From NCBI GenBank assembly GCA_036758585.1, contig DAIOWH010000009.1, forward strand, positions 1,573-65,572: a DNA stretch of 64,000 nucleotides, read 5' to 3'. The DNA is from Planctomycetia bacterium. GTDB taxonomy: Bacteria > Planctomycetota > Planctomycetia > JALXBF01 > JBGPMX01. Below are positions 30,566 through 40,284 of the stretch, in pieces (the stretch's first letter is position 1; every line of letters starts with the position of its first letter). The notes under the pieces are model-generated. The model was not told where the DNA came from and did not search any database. It saw only the letters and a program-made list of their open reading frames with translations. The position numbers and the translations under genes were made by a program.

Positions 30566-32050
30566 ATGACCCAAGCGAATGCTGTTGCGGACTGGCTCGC
30601 GCTGGCCGGAGTGAGTGCCGCGTCGGTGGCCGCGCAGCTTGCCGGCGGTGCGAAGTGGTTGAGCGGTGACGACGACGGGGGCCCGCCGCGATCGGTCGAT
30701 ACGAACCCACCGAGGTCGCCCGGTCATCTGGCTGACCGGCTGGAAGCCCGCCCCACGGCAGGTCGCCGCTGGCTGTGGTGTTCGCAGTCGTTGCCGATCG
30801 GTCGACGAGTGGCAGTAATGACTTCGCGCATCGCTCGGCACGTCGATCCGTACGGTGCGTGGATGAGCGGCCTACGTGAGTCGCTGCGGCGTGTGCGAGA
30901 CGAACGGGCGGTCGTAGTGACGGCGGTGGGCTGTGCCGGGCACGAGATTGTGCTGCGCGGTGCGATGCGGCAGGCGTCACCGGTCGTCCGGTTGTACTGC
31001 TGCGACGCCAATGTCGCTGCCGCGCGAACGTGGGCAAGACGGTGGTGGGCCAGTCTGGACCAACCCATCGCGGCGGGCGTCGCCGATGTTTGGATACTGC
31101 CGTCATCGAAGGCACACTCGCCCGATGAGCCGACGCAGGCCGCATTCGGTTCGGTTCCGCAGCGCGACCGGGCCGCGGTTGCGTGGGCCGACGAGGTGAT
31201 GGTGCTTGCGTTGCGCAGCGGCGGCAATCTACACGCGCTGCTGCGGCATCGCCTGACCGCCGCCCTGGGCCCGGTGGTACTGGTCGATCTTCCCGGTCTG
31301 CAATCGAAGCGTGCTCGCGACGAGCTTGTGCAACTCGGCGCCTCGCTCTGGTCTGTGCGTGGCGGGGGTGTCGACCGTGTGGAACCTGCTAAGTTCGACG
31401 GCGCCCCGCCGACCGCTTCGCCGGCGCCGATTGTGCCGGCGCCGGCGCCGACCGGCTGGCCGTATTTGACGCACTGCACGCGCGCCCGCGAGGGGCCGTG
31501 GCCGGACCAGTCGCCCGACGATTATCTCGACGGCTTGTTCGACGCGAGCGGCGACGTCGATCATTCGGCGTTGGCGACGCTCGTGCGCATTGCAACGCAG
31601 CGGCGCCTGATCGCGTCGAGTCGTACGATCCGCGGCCGGTTTGGCGTGGTGAGCTTCACAGCGGCGCCGCTTGGCGAGTTGGCGAGGCTGCGGGTGTTTC
31701 GTGCACACAGAAGCCGGTGGGACTTTGAGCCGTATGGCCTATGTGTACGCCGCGAGTGGCTGGCCCAGCGCGGTGCGCGGCCGGTGCGCTACGGCAGCGA
31801 CGACGACTGGCGATCGCTGCCCGATGCCGATCGCCCGTTCTTCCAACTCGTCCGCACCGGCGAGGGCGCGGCGCGGGGGTCGCCGATTGACTGGAGGGTC
31901 GAGGCCGAGTGGCGACACGTCGGCGACTTGGACCTGTCGGACCTGCCGGGCGGCGACGGGCTGATGTTCGCGCCGAATGAGGCGGAGGCCGCGTGCATTG
32001 CCCGAATCTCACGGTGGCCTGTGTGCGTCGCGCCGGCTGCCGAACGGTGA
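30566..32050 (+). CDS. DprA/Smf-like (SLOG Rossmann) domain protein fused to a C-terminal DarT/DUF4433-like ADP-ribosyltransferase-like domain
   Basis: The N-terminal half aligns by eye with the DprA Rossmann domain (VVTAVGCAGHEIVLRGAM ~ VVSGLARGIDAAAHRGAL; VMVLALRSGGNLHALLRH ~ VLVVEAALRSGSLITARLA). The C-terminal 200 aa carry DarT-like motifs in H...Y...E order (PYLTHCT ~ PIYHITH; FEPYG; DWRVEAEWRHVG ~ FEAEFLVHG catalytic-Glu motif). The DarT assignment is inferred from remembered motifs. The start could be TTG 30530 or ATG 30566. Confidence 0.45.
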   Translation: MTQANAVADWLALAGVSAASVAAQLAGGAKWLSGDDDGGPPRSVDTNPPRSPGHLADRLEARPTAGRRWLWCSQSLPIGRRVAVMTSRIARHVDPYGAWMSGLRESLRRVRDERAVVVTAVGCAGHEIVLRGAMRQASPVVRLYCCDANVAAARTWARRWWASLDQPIAAGVADVWILPSSKAHSPDEPTQAAFGSVPQRDRAAVAWADEVMVLALRSGGNLHALLRHRLTAALGPVVLVDLPGLQSKRARDELVQLGASLWSVRGGGVDRVEPAKFDGAPPTASPAPIVPAPAPTGWPYLTHCTRAREGPWPDQSPDDYLDGLFDASGDVDHSALATLVRIATQRRLIASSRTIRGRFGVVSFTAAPLGELARLRVFRAHRSRWDFEPYGLCVRREWLAQRGARPVRYGSDDDWRSLPDADRPFFQLVRTGEGAARGSPIDWRVEAEWRHVGDLDLSDLPGGDGLMFAPNEAEAACIARISRWPVCVAPAAER

Positions 32051-32160
32051 GGATCCTGAGGGCGTCCGTGCGCCGCAGGGACTGCCGTTGCTGTGTTTTG
32101 AGTGGCCCGCTAAAGTGGCCGCCCATCACGTTTCCAACACTTGGTCGCAGGGAGGTGTCC

Positions 32161-35043
32161 ATGTTGAATTGGCTTCGCTGGCGTCGCTTGTCGCGTCGGT
32201 TGGTCGCCTCGTCACGGCGGAACGTCACGCGGAAACGCAGCGGCATGTCGCGGCGAGCACTGCGGCACGAGGTCACTCAGTTGGAAACCCGGATGCTGCT
32301 GGCGCTGAGCGGCGTCGGCAACGAGTTTCTGATCAATGCGACGACGGCCGGGTTCCAGGCCGAGGCCGATGTGGCGACCGACAACGCGGGCAACTTTGCG
32401 GTCGCCTGGAACGACGACACGAACGTCTTCGTGCGCCGTTTTGACGTCAATGGACAGCCGCAGAGCGCCGAGACGCAACTGAGTACGGCGTCCAACGCGA
32501 ACGAGACGCACTTCAACCCATCGGTGGCCATGGACGCCGACGGCGATTTCGTTGTCGCGTGGAACCGCGACAATTTCACGGATTACGTCTATGACGTCTT
32601 TGCGCGTACCGGCGCCGGCAATGGCAATCTTGGCGCCGTCCAAACCGCGAACGCCAGCACCAGCAACGACGACCGAAATCCGGGCGTCGCGATGGATGCG
32701 GACGGCGACTTCATCGTCGCCTGGGAGCGATACAAATACGGCGCCAACCGCAATACGTACGACATCCCCGCTCGCCGGTTCACCGTCGCCGGCGCGCCGC
32801 AGGGCAACGAATCGGGGGTCGATCAGGCCGCTGCCGGCGTTCGTGTGTTCGAACCTGCGGTGGGTCGCAATGCGGTCGGCACGACGGTGATCGCGTGGAC
32901 TCAGGAGTCGGACGGCTTCGATGTGTTCGTTCGTGTGTTCGATGGTGAGGGCCAGGACCAGTTCAACGCCATAGTGGCGAACCAAACAACGGCCGGCGCG
33001 CAGGCTACTCCCTCAGTCGCCATCAATGATGACGGCACGTTCGTCGTCGTCTGGGCGGGCAACGGAGCAGGCGACGACATCGGCGTCTTTGCGCGGTTGT
33101 TTGCGGCCGACGGCACTCCTCAAGGCGGCGAGATTCTGGTGAACGGCACGACGGCTGGGAACCAGTTGCTGCCGGACGTCGCCGTCGACCCGAACCACAA
33201 CTTCGTCGTGACCTGGAACGGAAACGGGACGGGCGACGCGCTCGGAGTGTTCCTGCGGTGCTTTGACGATACGGGCCAGCCGCAGGGCGATGAGACGATC
33301 GTCAACACGACGACCACGAATGTGCAGGGCGACCCGGCGGTCGCCATCGGCGGCAATGGTGAAATCGTCGTGGTCTGGAGCGGCAACGGCGCCGGCGACG
33401 CCGACGGTGTGTTCGGCCGGTTGTTCACCAAGACGGTCGTCTCGATCGAAGCCAGCGATCCGAACGCCGCGGAGGACGGTTCGGGGACCGGCGAGTTCGT
33501 CATCAGCCGCACCGGGCGCACCACGGCGGACCTCGACGTTTTCGTGACGATCAGCGGCACGGCCACGGACGTCGTAGACTACGCTCGCACCGGCGTGTTC
33601 ACGATCCCGGCCGGGTCGACGACGACTACCATAACGATCACGCCGGTGAACGACGGCGTTCCGGAGACGGACGAGACGGTCGTGTTCACGATCGACCCCA
33701 ATGCCGCCTACACGGTGGGCGCGCCGGGGAACTCGACCGTCACCATCGACGATTCCGGCCTGATCGCACCGATCGTGTCGATCCAAGCCACCGATCCGGT
33801 TGCGAGTGAAACGGGTTCGGACACAGGCGAGTTCGTGCTCACGCGAATTGGCGCTGTCGCCTTCGACCTCGATGTTGCGGTGACGATCAGCGGCACTGCA
33901 GCCGACGGCGTCGACTACGTGAGGACCGGCATATTCACGATTCCCGCCGGATCGGCGAGCACCACGATTACGATCACCCCGGTGAATGACGGCGCCGGCG
34001 AATCGGACGAAACCGTCGTGTTCACGATTGATCCCAATGCAGCGTACACGGTCGGAGGTCCGAGCACCGCCACGGTGATCATCGGCGACGCCGGTTCGGT
34101 GACGCCAACGGTTATCATCCAGGCCACCGACCCGAACGCGAATGAGGCGGGCGGCGACGCGGGCGAGTTCGTCATCGCGCGGACGGGCGACACAACCAAT
34201 CCGCTCGTGGTGTTGGTGACGATCGGCGGCACTGCGACGGACGCGACAGATTACACTCGGACCGGCGTATTCACGATTCCAGCAGGCTCTGCCACGGTCA
34301 CGATCACGATCACGCCAACCGCCGACACCGAGGCGGAATCGGACGAGACTGTGGTGCTGACGATCGACCCGAGCGCGGGCTACAACGTGGGATCACCGAA
34401 CTCGGCTACGGTGACCATCGGCAACAACGACACCACGGGGCCAACCGTGAACGACGTCCGGTTTACGGCCGACGCCAAGCGGGTGATGACGGTGATCCTG
34501 ACCTTCAGCGAAGCGCTCGACGAAACCGAGGCCGAAGACGAGGCCAACTACGCGATCACGGTGCCCGGCAAGAAACCGCGCAACATCCCCGTGACCGCCG
34601 CTCAGTACAATGCGGCGACCTTTGAAGTGACGTTAACGCTTGGCAGCACGGCCAAGGCGGACGTGCTCAAGAAGAACGTCCGATTCAACCTCACCGTCAA
34701 TGGCACGGCGAGTGTGCAGGATGCGGCCGGCAACATCCTGGACGGCGACGAAGACGGCGACTCGGGCGGCGATTTTCACGGCGGGTTCATCGTGGGGAAC
34801 AAGATCAACTACATCGACAACGACGGCGACAAGGTATCGCTGAAACTCAAGGGGCCGGGCGAGATGCAGATCTGGCTGACGCCGGCGGCCGGGGCCCGGC
34901 GCCTACGTTTCGTTGGCACGACCGCCGCGAACACGGTCCTGAGCGGCAAGGTAGCCGGCGCGGGCGACGGCGCTACGACCATCGACGACTCCATCGGTCT
35001 CAACACCGTCCAAGACAACCTTCCCGACACGTTTACGATCTGA
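32161..35043 (+). CDS. Large secreted repeat protein: planctomycete-type N-terminal motif (LETRMLLAL), about 8 degenerate beta-propeller-like DADGDF(V/I)V(A/V)W repeats, 4 Calx-beta domains, C-terminal Ca-binding Asp-rich region
   Basis: GGGAGG SD before ATG 32161. Calx-beta units (DYxRTGxFTIPAGS..ITITPVNDG..DETVV(F/L)TID) are repeated four times with high nucleotide identity. DNDGD/DGDEDGD loops sit near the C-terminus. Confidence 0.7.
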   Translation: MLNWLRWRRLSRRLVASSRRNVTRKRSGMSRRALRHEVTQLETRMLLALSGVGNEFLINATTAGFQAEADVATDNAGNFAVAWNDDTNVFVRRFDVNGQPQSAETQLSTASNANETHFNPSVAMDADGDFVVAWNRDNFTDYVYDVFARTGAGNGNLGAVQTANASTSNDDRNPGVAMDADGDFIVAWERYKYGANRNTYDIPARRFTVAGAPQGNESGVDQAAAGVRVFEPAVGRNAVGTTVIAWTQESDGFDVFVRVFDGEGQDQFNAIVANQTTAGAQATPSVAINDDGTFVVVWAGNGAGDDIGVFARLFAADGTPQGGEILVNGTTAGNQLLPDVAVDPNHNFVVTWNGNGTGDALGVFLRCFDDTGQPQGDETIVNTTTTNVQGDPAVAIGGNGEIVVVWSGNGAGDADGVFGRLFTKTVVSIEASDPNAAEDGSGTGEFVISRTGRTTADLDVFVTISGTATDVVDYARTGVFTIPAGSTTTTITITPVNDGVPETDETVVFTIDPNAAYTVGAPGNSTVTIDDSGLIAPIVSIQATDPVASETGSDTGEFVLTRIGAVAFDLDVAVTISGTAADGVDYVRTGIFTIPAGSASTTITITPVNDGAGESDETVVFTIDPNAAYTVGGPSTATVIIGDAGSVTPTVIIQATDPNANEAGGDAGEFVIARTGDTTNPLVVLVTIGGTATDATDYTRTGVFTIPAGSATVTITITPTADTEAESDETVVLTIDPSAGYNVGSPNSATVTIGNNDTTGPTVNDVRFTADAKRVMTVILTFSEALDETEAEDEANYAITVPGKKPRNIPVTAAQYNAATFEVTLTLGSTAKADVLKKNVRFNLTVNGTASVQDAAGNILDGDEDGDSGGDFHGGFIVGNKINYIDNDGDKVSLKLKGPGEMQIWLTPAAGARRLRFVGTTAANTVLSGKVAGAGDGATTIDDSIGLNTVQDNLPDTFTI

Positions 35044-35419
35044 TCGCCTCGGCGGCACTTCGCCGGGTCGTAGACGTAAGGCTCGCTCGCCGTTTGATCG
35101 GCTCCGGCGATTCCTCGCGGGCGATTCTCGACCGCGCCGTACGGCCATCCGCTTGGTCTTTCTCGCGGGCCGGGTTGAGACAGAAAGCCGAGCGCCAAGA
35201 CGATGCGGCACACGCTCGCGGCTTTCTGCCTAACCACGTCGAGTTGAAGCAGGAATCGGCTCACCGCAAACGCGCACGGTGTCGCGCGATGAAACAACGC
35301 CTGGTGCACGAGTCGGCTTCCGTGTGATGCCGCCGCCGATTCTGCTTAACTCGACGTTGGGCGATTGCCGTCGCGTTTCTCGGTCTCGTCCGACATAATC
35401 ATGCAAAGGAGGACACATC

Positions 35420-36700
35420 ATGGCGACCACTTGGAACGACCCACGATCCACAACTTCTCTGACGTCACAAGCCGTCGACGAGGTTTTCGCTGGCTCTTGC
35501 GCAATTAAGGAGCCAACGCCCGCAGCAGATCAACAAGCTGTTGGCGAACGCACTCGACCTTCGCCTGAGATTGACACTCACCCCGTCCAAGCCGAAAAAG
35601 CACACAATCTCGCCAGGCGACGGCGACCCTGGGACGATGATGCCTCCATTGGGGGCATCTGGGCACGCCGGGTCTGGCTTGGCGCTGGCCTGGCGATTGC
35701 GGGCTTTTTCTTTCTGAAGGCAATTCCTGGTTCGCCGCTCCGTGGTCGCCCGAACACGATTGCCACTCGCGCTGTGACTGCAGGCACAGCGGCAGTTACG
35801 AGAACGACAACCAAGGCGATCGAGACGATTGATCTGTTTGATCGCGTTGCTGGCCAGAACCCGCTACTGACGCACGATGAGAGGCGTGATGTTGTTGAGC
35901 CAGATCCAGCGACCTGGAGAGCGCTGCGTTTGGAAATGACGAAAGAGAATGGGCGGCCACTGCGAATTCGACTGGCTCGACCGATGAAGTGGATAGCGAC
36001 AGTCGATGCAGAGGAGGGTAAGAGTTTCTTTCTCGACCTTCCTGAAATGGGTGCGGTTGGCCAGGCTCATGTCGTGTCCGTCGGCCCGACGCCACCACTG
36101 AAACCGGGCAAGGGTGCCATTATCACAGGTGTGTTCGAACACGAGGCGGACGAAAACACGCGAATCCTCAAGGTCGAGTTCTCGGGTGGTGTAGTGGTCC
36201 ATGGCGTGACGGAGAACCATCTGTTCTGGTCCGAAGACCGCCAGGCGTTCATCCAGGTGGGTGCTCTCAGAGAAGGAGAACGCGTCCGCACTGGCGACGA
36301 TACAGCCACTGTTGTTTCGCTGAGCTCTCGCCCGGCCCGGCCGGGCGAACTCCTGAATAATCTGGAAGTCCACGGCGAACACGTTTACCGAGTAACAGCG
36401 TCTGGGATCCTCGTGCACAACAGTTGCGCTGACATTCTTACGCCCGGTGGGAAGCCTATCGGGGTGCCGGGCAGTAGCCCCGCAATCCGCGAACTCCCGG
36501 GAGGCGCCAAGGCGGCACAAGACATGTTCGATGAATTGGCCAAGGGCGCGAAAGACATTACACCGCCCGGCTATCCAGGCAAGCTCGTGGAAGTACCCGA
36601 GGGCGGTGTCGTGGGCATTAGACCGTCATCCAAGAGCGGCCCTCCAACCATTGACGTGAACGTGCCCGGAATCCCGATCAAGAAGATCAAATTCCCCTAG
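35420..36700 (+). CDS. Polymorphic-toxin-like protein: N-terminal TM anchor + Hint (Hedgehog/intein) domain + about 95-aa C-terminal toxin-like domain of unknown family
   Basis: Hint signatures (TENHLFWSEDRQAFIQVGALREGERVRT; NLEVHGEHVYRV...GILVHNSC). The C-terminal tail follows the HNS junction. Strong AAAGGAGGA SD lies 7 nt upstream. Local GC is about 55% against about 68% in flanking genes. Confidence 0.7.
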   Translation: MATTWNDPRSTTSLTSQAVDEVFAGSCAIKEPTPAADQQAVGERTRPSPEIDTHPVQAEKAHNLARRRRPWDDDASIGGIWARRVWLGAGLAIAGFFFLKAIPGSPLRGRPNTIATRAVTAGTAAVTRTTTKAIETIDLFDRVAGQNPLLTHDERRDVVEPDPATWRALRLEMTKENGRPLRIRLARPMKWIATVDAEEGKSFFLDLPEMGAVGQAHVVSVGPTPPLKPGKGAIITGVFEHEADENTRILKVEFSGGVVVHGVTENHLFWSEDRQAFIQVGALREGERVRTGDDTATVVSLSSRPARPGELLNNLEVHGEHVYRVTASGILVHNSCADILTPGGKPIGVPGSSPAIRELPGGAKAAQDMFDELAKGAKDITPPGYPGKLVEVPEGGVVGIRPSSKSGPPTIDVNVPGIPIKKIKFP

Positions 36701-36709
36701 GAGCACACA

Positions 36710-37102
36710 ATGAAAGCCGACATGCTCCAATACCAGGAGCTACTTAAACACCTGATTAGAGAAGCAGCAGAGGACGAGGTCGGTCTCTGGTACGTCGTTC
36801 GATGTGTTCGTGACGACCTGCACGTCACGGAGTCTTCGGAGGCCCGTCGAATCAGCATGAGCTTGGTTCGGGACTTACTCGGCTCAGGCGAAGTCCAAGC
36901 GGCGTCCCATAACTACCCTCACTCGCTGTACAAGCCCTGGTCTCTTACCGACAACGAAGTAATCGCACGTATCAATGAAGAGTGGGACAAACTTGGAAGG
37001 GACCCCAACATCGCAGAGGTTGTCGTTTTCGTCGGCAAGGAGAAGAATGGTGATGTGCTCGCCCAACAAGCGGCTGCAGCTGATTCGGCGGGCAGTCGTT
37101 AA
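36710..37102 (+). CDS. Putative cognate immunity protein (130 aa, no recognisable family)
   Basis: It starts 10 nt after the toxin stop, with AGGAG SD and similarly low GC (about 53%). Small, acidic and cytoplasmic, which is the typical toxin-immunity arrangement. Function is inferred from context only. Confidence 0.5.
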   Translation: MKADMLQYQELLKHLIREAAEDEVGLWYVVRCVRDDLHVTESSEARRISMSLVRDLLGSGEVQAASHNYPHSLYKPWSLTDNEVIARINEEWDKLGRDPNIAEVVVFVGKEKNGDVLAQQAAAADSAGSR

Positions 37103-37303
37103 CCATTCCGAGCTTATTTCGGTGTTCGAGAGCTTTTCGCGCGATCTGGCGTCGAGCGTAATTCGGGCCCGCCGAACCGCTGAGCCGTAGCGTTGGGTGG
37201 ACTGCCGTATCGTTCAGATCCGCTCGCACGGGTGTTCTGGAGCGTGGCGCATCATCTTGGCCCAGCTAGCTCAGTCATCCATCGTTCGGACTTGAGGCTA
37301 CCA

Positions 37304-40153
37304 ATGACTGTGGTCGGTGATTCGCCACGCGCCCCGACAGGGCGGCTCGTTCTAACCGCATATGTGCTTCACTCGCTGAGCAGCTTGATGCACGAGGTGG
37401 TCTGGATCAAGTTGTTGGCCGCCATTTTCGGGATGAATCTGGTGGCACTGGCAACTGTCATGGCGATGTTCGTGTCCGGGTTGGCGTTGGGCAGCGGCCT
37501 GGTGAGCTGCGCCGCACGGTGGTGGAGAATCTCGCCGTCGCTGTGGTTTGGTCTCATTCAAGCACTCTTGGGTGGTTGGGCCGTGGCGACGCCTCACATT
37601 CTTCGTGGGTTGGACCGCGTGTATGTTGCGCTAGCGTCACCGGAAGAAACTACCGTCCACTGCCTGATACGCCTTGCCGGCGTATCTTGCGCGATACTCT
37701 TGCCTTCTGCGCTCATCGGGGCGGTATTTCCACTGTTATCGTGTTACTCGTCACAGCTATCTCAAACCGCTGGCCAAGGGCCCGTGCGCCTCTATGCATT
37801 GGGGTTGATTTCATCTGCGCTCGGTTCGTTCATCACGCCGCTGTGGGTCATTCCGAGTCTTGGCATCGCCGCGTCATCGTGGGCTGCAGGCACAATAAAC
37901 CTGCTACTCGCCGGCGGGGCGTGTCTATTGAGCAAACCGGCTGGCTTGCTCTCAGCGACTGAACCAGGCATGGGTTACTCCAGGTCGAATAGCGCCGCCT
38001 GGGTAGCGTTTGTGATTGGTTTTTCACTGTTTGCCGTCGAGATTATCGGCGCGAAGGCAATATGGCTCATCGTCGATAGTACGGCGTATGCTGAGGGAAT
38101 CTTGTTTGGCGCGGTGCTCACATCGATGGCGGCTGGCGGGTTGGTGCAATTGTGGGCAGACCGACGGCGCATCTCTGCTTGCCAGGTGATCGCCTTGTCA
38201 CTTCTGTTGGCGGCGCTAGCACAGGGGCTGATGATTCCTACATCGGCTTGGCTGGCATCGACGTTCCACGAGTCGTGCAGACGGTTCGCGTGGATAACGT
38301 CGTCCGCAGTCGGATTCGGCATAGCGGAGGCGATGCTGGTCTTCGTGATGCTCGGCCCGTCGATGCTCGGCCATGGCATGGCGTTCTCGGGCTTGTGCAA
38401 GATGGCGACTGAGACGGGCAGCGGATTCACGTCGACGGTAGGTAGGTTGTATGGATGGAACAATGCTGGCGCCGTCCTGGGAGCGGTGGTTTCGGCGACC
38501 GTGCTGATTCCCGCATCGGGACTAACGCGGAGCCTGGCAACCGTAACGCTGGTGCTTCTTTGCGCGTGCGTCGTTGTTGCTGTTGGAATCGTACCGAGGT
38601 CAAGAGTTCGGTCTGGCATCCTCTACTCTTGTCTGTTGGTTGGGATCCTGGTGTGCCATTGGGGATGGGCGGGGGACATTACGTTTCGGTATGCAGCGGC
38701 GGGTCCAGGAAAGTCCATCCTGTTGCACCACGAAGACGCGAGTGGGATTGTCGAAGTTTGGGAGGATCGCGGAAACGGTTCGCGAGTTTTGAAATCAAGC
38801 CGGTTGAGGCAGGAGGGTGGCACGCTGCCGTCACACTTGAGAATGCAGCGCATGCAGGGACAACTGCCCCAGTTGCTGCACCCTGGCCCTCGGCAGGTAC
38901 TGGTGGTAGGGTTGGGCACTGGAATAAGTCTGAGCGGTCTTGTCAGCGGCAACGACGTGACGTGCGTTGAAGTGTCGAGTGGCGTCATCGCTGCGGAGGA
39001 GTTTTTCCGGCCGTTCAACGGCAACATCATCGGTCGCGGCGCGGTGAGACTCGTACAGCAAGACGGCCGTGACTATATCAAGTTGGCACGCAATCAGTAC
39101 GATCTGATCGTTCAGGACGTCTTCTTTCCATACCAGCCGGGCGTGTCCAACCTGTACAGCGTCGAGCATTTCCAACGGTGCCGAGACCGGCTCACTGCAG
39201 ACGGCGTCATGGCCCAATGGCTCTGCGTAAACCAGGTGAGCACCCAGGACCTCAAGACGCTGGTTCGGACGTTTTGCAGCGTTTTTCCACATACAACGCT
39301 GTGGCGGGATGAAATCTACTTGTTGCTGTGGGGAACACCCCGCGAGTTTCGGACGAATCGGGAGACGTTGATCGACCGCATCGCTTCGCGAGTAGACCCG
39401 GCGGCAGGCCCGTTGCCGGATGCCTCGGACTTGCTGACGCGGTTCGTTTGCGACGAACGTGCGGCAACCCGCTGGTCGTCAGGCGCAAAAATGAATACGG
39501 ACGACAACGCGATTATTGAATTCCGGACACCGCTTCACATTGCCCAGTTGAATAGCCCAGAACTTGCACTGCAGAATCTACGCGAGCTTCGACAGATGAT
39601 GCAGCCGGTGGCGACTGTAGTGACCCGGTTGGACGCTGCCGCCGGAGACGACGTGCTCGACAACATTCAACAAGCCGCCGAGAGTTACCTTGATGGTTCG
39701 ATAGCGCTTCTCGAAGGGGACACAATAGCGACGCGACGACGATTCACGAGGGCTTGGCGGATGAATCCTTCGAACTTGGCGGCCCGTGACTGGGTGGTGA
39801 ACGACATCCTGTTTCGATGCCAAGCACATTGGAAGACGGGCAACCTCGTTTCGGCAACTGAGGTTCTCGATGAAGCAGAGGATGTCGTACAGGACTCTGC
39901 CATTGAAATGGCTCGAGCCAATCTATTGGTTGCGCGCGGGCTAAACCAGGATGCTGAAGCTGCGTATCACGAGATCCTACGGAAGGAACCAGGCATGACG
40001 CGCGCCCGCGTGCAACTGGGGATTCTGCTCTTTGATGCAGGTCGAATAGAACAGGCGCAGGAGACCTTCAGACGCGGGATCGAACTTGCTCCGCACGATC
40101 CTGATCTCCAGTTGGGGTTGGAACGGTGCCGTGTGGTACTGCGGACACACTAG
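37304..40153 (+). CDS. Fused polytopic membrane (MFS-like) domain + spermidine-synthase-like (SpeE fold) domain + C-terminal TPR repeats
   Basis: About 12 TM helices. SpeE-like motifs (VLVVGLGTGISLSG, DLIVQDVFFP, LYSVEHFQRCRDRLTADGVMAQW). TPR tail. The start is uncertain, since the ORF opens at 37193 with TTG. Confidence 0.65.
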   Translation: MTVVGDSPRAPTGRLVLTAYVLHSLSSLMHEVVWIKLLAAIFGMNLVALATVMAMFVSGLALGSGLVSCAARWWRISPSLWFGLIQALLGGWAVATPHILRGLDRVYVALASPEETTVHCLIRLAGVSCAILLPSALIGAVFPLLSCYSSQLSQTAGQGPVRLYALGLISSALGSFITPLWVIPSLGIAASSWAAGTINLLLAGGACLLSKPAGLLSATEPGMGYSRSNSAAWVAFVIGFSLFAVEIIGAKAIWLIVDSTAYAEGILFGAVLTSMAAGGLVQLWADRRRISACQVIALSLLLAALAQGLMIPTSAWLASTFHESCRRFAWITSSAVGFGIAEAMLVFVMLGPSMLGHGMAFSGLCKMATETGSGFTSTVGRLYGWNNAGAVLGAVVSATVLIPASGLTRSLATVTLVLLCACVVVAVGIVPRSRVRSGILYSCLLVGILVCHWGWAGDITFRYAAAGPGKSILLHHEDASGIVEVWEDRGNGSRVLKSSRLRQEGGTLPSHLRMQRMQGQLPQLLHPGPRQVLVVGLGTGISLSGLVSGNDVTCVEVSSGVIAAEEFFRPFNGNIIGRGAVRLVQQDGRDYIKLARNQYDLIVQDVFFPYQPGVSNLYSVEHFQRCRDRLTADGVMAQWLCVNQVSTQDLKTLVRTFCSVFPHTTLWRDEIYLLLWGTPREFRTNRETLIDRIASRVDPAAGPLPDASDLLTRFVCDERAATRWSSGAKMNTDDNAIIEFRTPLHIAQLNSPELALQNLRELRQMMQPVATVVTRLDAAAGDDVLDNIQQAAESYLDGSIALLEGDTIATRRRFTRAWRMNPSNLAARDWVVNDILFRCQAHWKTGNLVSATEVLDEAEDVVQDSAIEMARANLLVARGLNQDAEAAYHEILRKEPGMTRARVQLGILLFDAGRIEQAQETFRRGIELAPHDPDLQLGLERCRVVLRTH

Positions 40154-40284
40154 CATCCCGTACACCACGAGACCCGGCAGCAGGCGAGCAACCGGGCCTG
40201 CAGGCGCCATCGTGGCGGTGTGCGCCGAGACGGCAGTTGGCGCTAGAGTAGGTATTCCGCCGACCGTTTGGAGTCCTTGCGTTC

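Noticed and set aside
35094-35327. 77-aa basic ORF in the spacer before the Hint-toxin gene
   Set aside because: It has no SD, Arg-rich composition and no motif. It is probably non-coding leader or island-boundary sequence.
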